Made by a program: the position numbers and the translations under genes. A stretch of 64,000 bases of DNA from Gammaproteobacteria bacterium (GTDB lineage Bacteria; Pseudomonadota; Gammaproteobacteria; Magnimaribacterales; D2472): NCBI GenBank assembly GCA_045563715.1, contig JBJLIP010000001.1:65131-129130 (forward strand). The letters are read 5' to 3'. Position 1 is the stretch's first letter, and every line of letters starts with the position of its first letter. This document shows, one piece after another, positions 19,282 through 27,449 of this stretch. The notes below the pieces were generated by a model. It ran no database searches. It was not told the origin of the DNA and was given only the letters and a program-made list of their open reading frames with translations.

Positions 19282-19675
19282 TGTCTTCTTGAAAAAGTTC
19301 TAATATTATTTGAATAAAATCCGGCCATAACAAATCAACTGTAACAAGATTATTTTTAATATCTTTGTTGATTGAATTAGCAAGGACTCTAACTTTGATT
19401 GGCCTGTTATTAAATTTATATACTAGAGCTGGTTTTAAATTTTCTGCTTTTGATGAAGCGAGAACTTGCTCCCACCAATCAGGTCTTGGTTCTGCTCCTG
19501 ATCCATATGCCTTACACTCAATACACCATCTCCCTAACATAAGGTCAGGTAGTTCTTTGGTTCTTGTTTGCTCTAAAATTCTTTTAACTGGATTGTTTAA
19601 ATTTAGATCCTCTATGAGCGCATTTGCAATTTGTCTTTCAAATGCAGCTCCTTTATTTCTCGAGTTTATAGACAT
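19250..19675 (-). CDS. Stand-alone PD-(D/E)XK nuclease, Hjc / phage Holliday-junction-resolvase-like (hypothetical)
   Basis: 141 aa. NKGAAFERQIANAL (the KGxxxER of Hjc-type resolvases), ELPDLMLGRWCIECKAY (a D...ExK catalytic core), then PDWWEQV...KPALVYKFNNRP. It starts 2 nt after the yebC stop and overlaps the ybgC start. Confidence 0.55.
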   Translation of the reverse strand: MSINSRNKGAAFERQIANALIEDLNLNNPVKRILEQTRTKELPDLMLGRWCIECKAYGSGAEPRPDWWEQVLASSKAENLKPALVYKFNNRPIKVRVLANSINKDIKNNLVTVDLLWPDFIQIILELFQEDIELHEQNYQV

Positions 19676-19677
19676 AT

Positions 19678-20415
19678 TTAGACTTTAGCCTCAAAATCAT
19701 CAGGAAATTCAGCGTTTGTGTGAACCTCTTGAACATCATCTAAATCATCCATAAACTCCATTATATTGAGAACCTTTTCAGACATTTCATGATCTATATT
19801 TACTGACGTTTCCGCTCGAAGTGTTAGCTGCGCATTAATATATTTCACCTCATTTTTCTTAAAATTTTCTAAGACATTATTAAAATCATTGGATTCTGTT
19901 GTAACTTCAAAAAAATCTTCTTCTTCAGTGTAATCGTTTGCTCCAGATTCAATTACTAAATCCATTAATTCTTCATCTGAAATATCTTTAGATATGTGAA
20001 TTAACCCGAGCTTTTTAAATAAATATGCTACAGACCCATCGGTTCCAAGATTACCACCAAATTTAGAGAAAGCATGTCTTACATCTGAAACTGTTCTATT
20101 TCGGTTATCTGTCATAGTCTCAACAAGAATTGCAACTCCTCCTGGTCCATATCCTTCAAATACTATTTCTTCCAAAGATCCTGTCTCTCCTGTGCCAGAG
20201 CCCTTTTCTATTGCTCGTTTTATTGTATCTTTTGGCATATTTGCTGAATTAGCTTTTTCCAAAGCCAATCTCAGTCTTGGATTATCATTTGGGTCAGGCC
20301 CATCTTTTGCAGCAACAGTAATTTCTCTAATTACTTTTGTCCAAACCTTACCTCTAGAGGCATCTTGTCGTGCTTTTCTATGTTTTATGTTAGCCCATTT
20401 TGAATGACCTGCCAT
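19678..20415 (-). CDS. yebC: YebC/PmpR family transcriptional regulator
   Basis: 245 aa. MAGHSKWANIKHRKARQDASRGK is the invariant YebC N-terminus. Confidence 0.95.
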   Translation of the reverse strand: MAGHSKWANIKHRKARQDASRGKVWTKVIREITVAAKDGPDPNDNPRLRLALEKANSANMPKDTIKRAIEKGSGTGETGSLEEIVFEGYGPGGVAILVETMTDNRNRTVSDVRHAFSKFGGNLGTDGSVAYLFKKLGLIHISKDISDEELMDLVIESGANDYTEEEDFFEVTTESNDFNNVLENFKKNEVKYINAQLTLRAETSVNIDHEMSEKVLNIMEFMDDLDDVQEVHTNAEFPDDFEAKV

Positions 20416-20418
20416 AAA

Positions 20419-22185
20419 CTAATCTTCCTTATGAGTGCTAATAATTTTTAATTCATCAAGCTGATCTTTTTCAACTTTACTAGGTGCGTCTGTTAGCAAA
20501 CAGGCAGCACTTTGTGTTTTAGGGAAAGCAATCACGTCTCTTATATTAGTAGTATCGGTTACTAACATTACAATTCTATCAAGACCAAATGCTATTCCTC
20601 CATGAGGAGGACAGCCAGATGAGAGAGCTTTTAATAAGAATCCAAATTTACTTTCAGCATCTTCTTTTGAAATATTAAGAATATTAAAAATAATTTTTTG
20701 CATTGCATTGTCATATATTCTTAGAGAACCTCCTCCTATTTCATATCCATTTAAAACAACATCGTATGCATGAGCAATTGAATTCATAGGATTGTCCTCT
20801 AAATCTTTAGTTGAACATTTTGGAAGTGTAAATGGATGATGAAGTGGTGTTAAATTACCTTCTTTATTGGTTTCGAACATTGGAAAATCTACAATCCAAC
20901 AAGGCGCCCATTTGGTCAAATATAAGTCTAGATCCTCTCCAATTTTTTTAATTAGACTACTCATTGATAAATTTACAACTGGTTCACTGCCAGCTCCAAA
21001 GAAAATTAAATCATCAGTTTTGATATCTAAGGATTTAATTATGTTTGCTACTGTTTCTGGTTTTAAAAATTTTAGTATTGGTGATTGAATGCCATTCTCT
21101 AAATCACTCACATCATTTATCTTTATATATGCTAAGCCTTTTGCACCAAGCTTTGAAACAAATTTTGTATAGTCATCAATTTGTCCTCTAGATAATGAAT
21201 TACCATTAGGTACCTTTAAGGCAACTACCCTTGATCCTTTTTTTTGTGCTGGTTCAGAAAAAACTTTGAACTCTTCATCTTTAACTAATTCCGATATATC
21301 AACCAATTTAAGAGGTATTCTTAAATCAGGTTTGTCGCACCCATAGTCTCGCATAGCATCATGCCAATTAATTACTTCAAATTTCTCTAGCTTGTCGCCG
21401 CAAAACTCTTTAATAATATCTTTAATCATCTTTTCACTAATCTTCATAATTTCATCTTGATCAATGAATGATGCCTCAATGTCTATTTGAGTAAACTCTG
21501 GTTGTCTGTCAGCCCTTAAGTCTTCGTCTCTAAAACATCTTGCTATTTGATAATACTTATCTAAACCACCTATCATTAAAAGCTGTTTAAAAAGCTGAGG
21601 TGATTGGGGTAAAGCATAAAAACTACCAGGCTGAACTCTACTGGGTAAGATATAGTCTCTGGCCCCTTCTGGAGTAGCTTTTGTCAATATAGGCGTTTCA
21701 ATTTCATGAAAATCATTATTATCTAGATAATTCCTGATTAAAGAGGTAATTTTTGACCTAGTTATTATTCTCTCATTCATCTCTGGCCTTCTAAGATCTA
21801 GAACTCTATTTTTTAACCTAACGTCCTCATTTACTTCTTGGTATTCATCAATTGGAAATACTGGTGTACTTGCTTTACTTAAAATAGTTAAATCTTTTAC
21901 TTCGATTTCGATTTCGCCTGTATGCATATTTTTATTAACAGTGCCTTCCAGCCTGTTACGAACATTACCTTTTATCTGGACAACGTATTCATTTCTAATT
22001 GATTCAGCTAATTTAAAAGACTTTTCATTATCAGGATTCACAACAGCTTGGCATATGCCTTTTATATCTCGAACATCAAGAAAAATTACCCCTCCATGAT
22101 CTCTTCTTCTATGAACCCAACCACAGATTGTTACTTCTTGTTCAACATTTGAAGATGTTATTTCACCGCAATAATGAGATTTCAT
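20419..22185 (-). CDS. aspS: Aspartyl-tRNA synthetase
   Basis: 588 aa. OB-fold N-terminus (GWVHRRRDHGGVIFLDVRD), QSPQLFKQLLM, FRDEDLRADRQPEFTQID, GGIAFGLDR. Confidence 0.96.
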   Translation of the reverse strand: MKSHYCGEITSSNVEQEVTICGWVHRRRDHGGVIFLDVRDIKGICQAVVNPDNEKSFKLAESIRNEYVVQIKGNVRNRLEGTVNKNMHTGEIEIEVKDLTILSKASTPVFPIDEYQEVNEDVRLKNRVLDLRRPEMNERIITRSKITSLIRNYLDNNDFHEIETPILTKATPEGARDYILPSRVQPGSFYALPQSPQLFKQLLMIGGLDKYYQIARCFRDEDLRADRQPEFTQIDIEASFIDQDEIMKISEKMIKDIIKEFCGDKLEKFEVINWHDAMRDYGCDKPDLRIPLKLVDISELVKDEEFKVFSEPAQKKGSRVVALKVPNGNSLSRGQIDDYTKFVSKLGAKGLAYIKINDVSDLENGIQSPILKFLKPETVANIIKSLDIKTDDLIFFGAGSEPVVNLSMSSLIKKIGEDLDLYLTKWAPCWIVDFPMFETNKEGNLTPLHHPFTLPKCSTKDLEDNPMNSIAHAYDVVLNGYEIGGGSLRIYDNAMQKIIFNILNISKEDAESKFGFLLKALSSGCPPHGGIAFGLDRIVMLVTDTTNIRDVIAFPKTQSAACLLTDAPSKVEKDQLDELKIISTHKED

Positions 22186-22198
22186 GATATTTCCCTAT

Positions 22199-22489
22199 TT
22201 AATCCTTAATTTTATCTTGTTTAGAGCCTTTCTTGGAGTTTGTTTTAGAAGTTTCTTTAGATTTATTGTCATTTGCGGATTCATTTGTTGAAATATTCTT
22301 CTTTTTACCTGTTTTAAAGTCAGTTTCATACCATCCTCCGCCCTTTAATCTAAAAGATGGTGCAGAAATAAGCTTTTTAAGACTTTTTGCATTACATTTT
22401 GAGCAAATTATCTTAGGTTTATCACTTATTTTTTGTATTACTTCAATCTCATGTCCACAATTTGAACATTTGTAATCATAAATAGGCAT
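22199..22489 (-). CDS. FmdB-family zinc-ribbon protein with K/S-rich tail
   Basis: 96 aa. MPIYDYKCSNCGH...CSKCN is the CxxC...CxxC putative regulatory zinc ribbon. Upstream of aspS. Confidence 0.8.
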   Translation of the reverse strand: MPIYDYKCSNCGHEIEVIQKISDKPKIICSKCNAKSLKKLISAPSFRLKGGGWYETDFKTGKKKNISTNESANDNKSKETSKTNSKKGSKQDKIKD

Positions 22490-22520
22490 AAGTCCTCAAA
22501 AAAAGATAAAATTATAAACT

Positions 22521-23801
22521 ATGTTATTTTCAAAGCTACTAATACCTACTTTAAAAGATGCCCCTCAAGAAGCTGAGGTCATTAGTCACAAATTAATGCT
22601 TCGAGCAGGAATGATTCGTAAAGTAGCCTCTGGTATATATACATGGTTACCTTTAGGCTTAAAGGTTCTAAAAAAAATAGAAAATATCGTTCGAGAAGAG
22701 ATGAATGCGTCTGGAGCGCAGGAAGTTTTTATGCCAATGGTTCAACCAAAAGAATTATGGGATGAAACTAAAAGGTGGGAAAAAATGGGTCCGGAGTTAT
22801 TAAGAATTAAAGATAGGCACGAGCGAGATTTTTGTCTTGGTCCTACTCATGAAGAGGTGATAACAGACATAATCAGAGATAATGTAAAAAGTTATAAAGA
22901 GCTTCCATTAAATATTTATCAAATTCAAACTAAATTTAGAGATGAGGTTAGGCCCAGATATGGAATTATGAGAGGAAGAGAATTTCTTATGAAAGATTCC
23001 TATAGCTTCAATATTGATGAAGAATCTCTTCAAGAAACTTATCTGCTTATGAGAGATACTTATAAAAAAGTATTAGAAAGGATTGGCCTTGAATATAAAA
23101 TTTCTGCTGCTGATTCTGGAGCAATTGGTGGAGATAGTTCTGAAGAATTTCATGTTTTAGCAGAAAATGGAGAGGATACTATTGCAGTTAGTGATTCATC
23201 TGAATTTGCAATAAATACTGAGCTTCTCTTAAAGGATGGTGAAGATATAAACTCACTTGAAGGAAAACCATCTCCAGATGGAAATGGAATAATACAAATT
23301 AAAAAAGGTATTGAAGTGGGCCATATTTTTAAACTAGGTAAGCTTTACGCTGAATCAATGAAAGCTAACGTTTTAAATGCTGATGGCAAAGCTACAACAT
23401 TGCATATGGGTTGTTATGGTATTGGAGTATCAAGACTAGTTGCAGCAGCTATAGAACAAAACTTTGATGAAAAAGGAATTATTTGGCCTCATAGTATAGC
23501 CCCTTTTGACATTAATATCATTGCAATAGGTTTTGATAAAGATAAAGAAATTGCATCTGCAGCAATAAAATTGCATGAAGATCTTACTGATATGGGTTAT
23601 GGCGTTCTTCTTGATGATAGAAAAGATGGCTACGGTGCAAAAATGAAGGATTCAGAACTTATAGGAATTCCTTTAAATATCATAATTGGAAAGTCATACC
23701 TTGAAAATCAAGAAGTTGAACTTAAAGGAAGGAATGGTCAGGGTTCATCTAATCCAATTTCAGATATAAAAACAATACTAGATTTTTTTAAAAATAAATA
23801 A
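22521..23801 (+). CDS. proS: Prolyl-tRNA synthetase, bacterial type, lacking the INS editing domain
   Basis: 426 aa. Motif 2 FRDEVRPRYGIMRGREFLMKDSYSF, motif 3 GCYGIGVSRLVAAAIEQ, class II anticodon-binding C-terminus. Only about 50 aa separate HVLA from IEVGHIF, where E. coli carries the roughly 180-aa INS. Confidence 0.93.
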   Translation: MLFSKLLIPTLKDAPQEAEVISHKLMLRAGMIRKVASGIYTWLPLGLKVLKKIENIVREEMNASGAQEVFMPMVQPKELWDETKRWEKMGPELLRIKDRHERDFCLGPTHEEVITDIIRDNVKSYKELPLNIYQIQTKFRDEVRPRYGIMRGREFLMKDSYSFNIDEESLQETYLLMRDTYKKVLERIGLEYKISAADSGAIGGDSSEEFHVLAENGEDTIAVSDSSEFAINTELLLKDGEDINSLEGKPSPDGNGIIQIKKGIEVGHIFKLGKLYAESMKANVLNADGKATTLHMGCYGIGVSRLVAAAIEQNFDEKGIIWPHSIAPFDINIIAIGFDKDKEIASAAIKLHEDLTDMGYGVLLDDRKDGYGAKMKDSELIGIPLNIIIGKSYLENQEVELKGRNGQGSSNPISDIKTILDFFKNK

Positions 23802-23827
23802 TTTTTGTAAATTCTTTTATTATTTAT

Positions 23828-24079
23828 TTAATTTAATACTTCTAATAAATTATTTCTCTTATGTAGTATATGTAAATCATCACATCCACCTACATGATCC
23901 TCACCAAACCAAATTTGTGGGACCGAAGTTTTACCAGCCATAGAGGCCATCTTTGCTCTTAATTTTGAATTGAAATCTACAGAAATCTCCTCGTATGGTA
24001 TTCCTAATTTTTTAAGCAATCTTTTTGCTTTATAACAATAAGGGCATGTTTTTGTAGTATATATAATGACCTCTTTCAT
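23828..24079 (-). CDS. grxC: Glutaredoxin 3
   Basis: 83 aa. CPYC active site, TSVPQIWFGEDHVGGCDDL. Confidence 0.9.
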   Translation of the reverse strand: MKEVIIYTTKTCPYCYKAKRLLKKLGIPYEEISVDFNSKLRAKMASMAGKTSVPQIWFGEDHVGGCDDLHILHKRNNLLEVLN

Positions 24080-24082
24080 TAT

Positions 24083-25261
24083 TTAAATTCTTTTTATAAT
24101 AGTTGCATTTGCAGTTCCGCCGCCTTCACAAATGGCTTGTAATCCATATGTGGATTCTCTTCTTTCCATTTCATGTAATAGTGTTGTCATAAGTTTAGCG
24201 CCAGTAGCTCCTAGTGGGTGTCCAAGCGCCATTGCGCCACCATTCACATTAAGCTTTGATCTATCAGCCTTTAAATCTTTAGCCCATGCAAGAGGGACAG
24301 GAGCAAAAGCTTCATTGACTTCATACAAATCCATATCATCAATTGTTAGATTTGCAGTCTCTAGTGCCTTTATTGAAGCAGGTATTGGCCCTGTAAGCAT
24401 AAAAACAGGATCATCTCCTACAACTGATATAGAAACTATTTCAGCTCTTGGGTTTGCTTGAATTTTCTTTAAACCTGCATCATTACACACCATAACTGCT
24501 GCAGCGCCATCTGTTATCTGACTTGCATTTCCAGCAGTAATAACTCCACCATCTGTAACAGCTTTTAATCCAGCTAACTTATCTAAACTTGCATCAAATC
24601 TTATACCTTCATCTGCCATTACTAAATCATTCATTCCATCAGCATTTCTACCTTCAACCGGTAATATTTCTCTGTCAAAATATTTTGATTCTGTTGCGTG
24701 AGCAGCTTTTTGATGGCTTTCTAAAGCAAACTGATCTAGATCTTCACGAGATAAGTTCCATTTATCAGCTACAAGCTCTGCACCGGTAAATTGAGAAAAG
24801 AAAACTCCTGGATATCTTTCTTTCATTCCTTCAGAATCAAAAGGAAGACCATGTCCTGCATCATATCCATCTTTGACTGCAGCGCCTATAGGAACCATAG
24901 ACATAACTTCTACTCCACCACCAATAACTATATCTTGAGTACCTGACATTACTGCTTGTATTGCAAAGTGGATAGCTTGTTGGGATGAGCCGCACTGTCT
25001 ATCAACTGATGTACCAGGAACTGATTCAGGAAAAGATGAAGAAAGAATAGCATTTCTTGCAACATTTCCTGATTGCGCGCCAACTTGATCAACGCAACCA
25101 AAAACTACATCGTCTACAAGCGCAGGATCCATATCCAGTCTTGTAACCATTTCGTCTAAAACTTTAGCTCCTAAATCTGCTGGATGCCATAGACTAAGTC
25201 TTCCATCTCTTTTACCACCAGCAGTTCTAACTGCCTCCACGATATATGCTTTCTCTGCCAT
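24083..25261 (-). CDS. Thiolase (acetyl-CoA C-acyl/acetyltransferase)
   Basis: 392 aa. Nucleophile context VDRQCGSSQQAI, NVNGGAMALGHPLGATG, C-terminal ICEGGGTANA. Confidence 0.9.
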   Translation of the reverse strand: MAEKAYIVEAVRTAGGKRDGRLSLWHPADLGAKVLDEMVTRLDMDPALVDDVVFGCVDQVGAQSGNVARNAILSSSFPESVPGTSVDRQCGSSQQAIHFAIQAVMSGTQDIVIGGGVEVMSMVPIGAAVKDGYDAGHGLPFDSEGMKERYPGVFFSQFTGAELVADKWNLSREDLDQFALESHQKAAHATESKYFDREILPVEGRNADGMNDLVMADEGIRFDASLDKLAGLKAVTDGGVITAGNASQITDGAAAVMVCNDAGLKKIQANPRAEIVSISVVGDDPVFMLTGPIPASIKALETANLTIDDMDLYEVNEAFAPVPLAWAKDLKADRSKLNVNGGAMALGHPLGATGAKLMTTLLHEMERRESTYGLQAICEGGGTANATIIKRI

Positions 25262-25298
25262 AAAAAAATCCCTACTAATAAATTAATTAATAGGGATT
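25262..25298 (-). terminator. Intrinsic terminator-like hairpin after recA
   Basis: Minus strand AATCCCTA-16 nt loop-TAGGGATT followed by a T run. 8-bp stem (25267-25274 / 25291-25298). It starts 16 nt after the recA stop. The T tract abuts the thiolase ATG. Confidence 0.5.
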
Positions 25299-25313
25299 AT
25301 TGTATCAAAAAAA

Positions 25314-26321
25314 TTATTTTGATTTACTTGTTATATAAGAAGATCTTATTTCTTTAACAAGTTTATTCTTAACCTTTGCATTTTCTTTCAAGAATAAACC
25401 AGCTTTTGTTTTGCCTTGACCGATAGTTTCTCCTTCTAATTTATAAAATGCGCCAGACTTATCAAGTAATCCAAGTTTATTCCCATAATCTAATATTTCA
25501 CCTTCTTGGTTAATTCCCATCCCATACATGATTTGGAATTCTGCTTGTTTAAATGGGGGTGATACTTTATTTTTGACAACTTTAACTCTTGTCTCATTAC
25601 CTATAACCTCATCTCCTTCTTTAACTGCACCAATTCTTCTAATATCTAACCTTACTGATGAGTAAAATTTGAGAGCGTTACCACCTGTAGTAGTTTCTGG
25701 GCTTCCAAACATTACACCAATCTTCATTCTTATCTGATTAATAAAGACAACTGTAGCTCCAGATCTTTGAATATTGCCAGTAATTTTTCTTAAGGCCTGT
25801 GACATTAATCTAGCTTGAAGGCCAACATGATGATCGCCCATTTCACCTTCAATCTCTGCTCTTGGTACTAATGCTGCAACAGAGTCAATAATTACTAAAT
25901 CAACACTTTTGGATTTTACCAGCATATCTGCCACCTCGAGAGCTTGCTCGCCAGTATCTGGTTGAGACAAAAGAAGTTCGTCAACATTAACTCCAAGTTT
26001 TTCAGCATATTGCGGGTCTAGAGCATGCTCAGCATCTATAAAGGCACATGTGCCTCCCTCTTTTTGACATTGAGCAATGATTTGTAAAGTTAGTGTTGTT
26101 TTACCCGAAGATTCAGGCCCATATATTTCAGTTACCCTTCCCTTAGGGATGCCACCTATGCCCAGAGCTATATCTAGACCAATGGATCCAGTTGAGATCG
26201 ATGGAATGTCAAGATTCTCTCTATCTCCCATTCGCATTACTGTTCCTTTACCAAAATGGTTATCTATATCTGCAAGTGTATCTTTTAAAGATTTTGAATT
26301 GGTATCTTTTGATTTAGGCAT
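25314..26321 (-). CDS. recA: Recombinase RecA
   Basis: 335 aa. Walker [47 protein letters not shown]. Confidence 0.98.
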   Translation of the reverse strand: MPKSKDTNSKSLKDTLADIDNHFGKGTVMRMGDRENLDIPSISTGSIGLDIALGIGGIPKGRVTEIYGPESSGKTTLTLQIIAQCQKEGGTCAFIDAEHALDPQYAEKLGVNVDELLLSQPDTGEQALEVADMLVKSKSVDLVIIDSVAALVPRAEIEGEMGDHHVGLQARLMSQALRKITGNIQRSGATVVFINQIRMKIGVMFGSPETTTGGNALKFYSSVRLDIRRIGAVKEGDEVIGNETRVKVVKNKVSPPFKQAEFQIMYGMGINQEGEILDYGNKLGLLDKSGAFYKLEGETIGQGKTKAGLFLKENAKVKNKLVKEIRSSYITSKSK

Positions 26322-26337
26322 AATTAACTCCTTAATA

Positions 26338-26357
26338 TACTGTATGTTTATACAGTA
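26338..26357. promoter_or_regulatory. LexA (SOS) box upstream of recA
   Basis: TACTGTATGTTTATACAGTA fits the gammaproteobacterial consensus TACTG(TA)5CAGTA with both CTGT/ACAG arms perfect. It lies 17 nt upstream of the recA ATG, just past the AGGAG Shine-Dalgarno. Confidence 0.85.
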
Positions 26358-26438
26358 TATATCATAATTTCAATTTTTTAAACAGTTTTATATAAATTTA
26401 AAAATTAGTAAGCTAAAATTCAAACTTCTTCAGTAATT

Positions 26439-26756
26439 ATGACATACGTAGTAACAGAATCTTGCATAAAATGTAAATATACAGACTGTGTAGAAATATG
26501 TCCTGTGGACTGTTTTTATGAGGGCCCAGAATTCTTAGTAATAGATCCAGATGAATGCATTGATTGTGGTTTATGTGAACCTGAATGCCCTATCGAAGCA
26601 ATTTTTGCAGATGATGAACTGCCATCAGATCAAATTGAATTCATAGAAATTAATTTAAAACTTTCAGAAGTTTACGAAAATATTACCGAATCTAAGGAAC
26701 CTCTTCCAGAAGCAGAAAAATATAAAGATATAAAAGATAAGAAGCAGTTCTTATAA
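26439..26756 (+). CDS. fdxA: 7Fe-type ferredoxin (3Fe-4S/4Fe-4S), FdxA
   Basis: 105 aa. [18 protein letters not shown] ... [12 protein letters not shown]. Confidence 0.9.
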   Translation: MTYVVTESCIKCKYTDCVEICPVDCFYEGPEFLVIDPDECIDCGLCEPECPIEAIFADDELPSDQIEFIEINLKLSEVYENITESKEPLPEAEKYKDIKDKKQFL

Positions 26757-27449
26757 AAAATTATTAATGCCTGCGGTAAAGATTAATCCACCAAAAAAAA
26801 CCAATATTGATTTTCCGTATTTTGTATATGCTTTGTTAATAAGTCTTGGCATAATTGCGAGCGAGATTAACATACCTACACCAAACGGAAGTAAAATAGA
26901 GAAATCAAGGCTTGCGATACTGCCTATAACCACTGAATGGGCTCCAACATATACTAAGAATGCGCTTCCTGATATTCCTGGAAAAAGTAAAAATAAGCAT
27001 GCAATAAAACCAAATACTAATAACATGAATGAGTGAGGTTCTTGAACTTGGTTTTCTGAAGCATTAAATACACTTAATAAAATACCAAATAGAATTGCTA
27101 GTAATAAATTTATATAAAAGCTTTTGCCTTTACCAATGTCTTCTTTTAGATAAGTATTAATTACTAAATACATTCCATAGCCAATCATTAAAATAGCTAT
27201 AAATGTATTAAATTCATTAGCGTGATTTTTGTATAATTCATCAATTATTTTGGAAAATGCAAATACGCTTAATATCATTCCTAATAACAAAGGAATCATT
27301 AAACTGAATTCTTTAAATTTACTTAAAAAAGTTAATATTTTTTCGTAGACACCAAACATTAATGCAACAGTAGCACCTGAGATCCCAGGCAGCAATTCTG
27401 ATAAACCAATGAAAATACCTGCTATGAAATATTTAATTTTTTCCTTCAT
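26751..27449 (-). CDS. DUF368-family membrane protein (PopT-like candidate undecaprenyl-phosphate translocase)
   Basis: 232 aa, polytopic. Two copies of the DUF368 hallmark PGISG ([12 protein letters not shown] and [12 protein letters not shown]), indicating an internal repeat. Confidence 0.6.
   Translation of the reverse strand: MKEKIKYFIAGIFIGLSELLPGISGATVALMFGVYEKILTFLSKFKEFSLMIPLLLGMILSVFAFSKIIDELYKNHANEFNTFIAILMIGYGMYLVINTYLKEDIGKGKSFYINLLLAILFGILLSVFNASENQVQEPHSFMLLVFGFIACLFLLFPGISGSAFLVYVGAHSVVIGSIASLDFSILLPFGVGMLISLAIMPRLINKAYTKYGKSILVFFGGLIFTAGINNFL

Noticed and set aside
19250-19675. The PD-(D/E)XK ORF considered as a restriction endonuclease, toxin or defence-system component.
   Set aside because: There is no adjacent methyltransferase, antitoxin, ATPase or other partner gene. 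The ORF is translationally packed between yebC and ybgC in a housekeeping operon, so a recombination or repair role is more parsimonious.
24083-25261. The thiolase and ftsZ (51792-52901) genes look GC-richer than their neighbours, which raised the possibility of horizontal acquisition.
   Set aside because: The enrichment tracks Gly/Ala/Val-rich protein composition (GGN and GCN codons). Third codon positions still look A/T-biased like the rest of the window, and there are no flanking repeats or mobility genes. GC was not computed, so this is a by-eye judgement.
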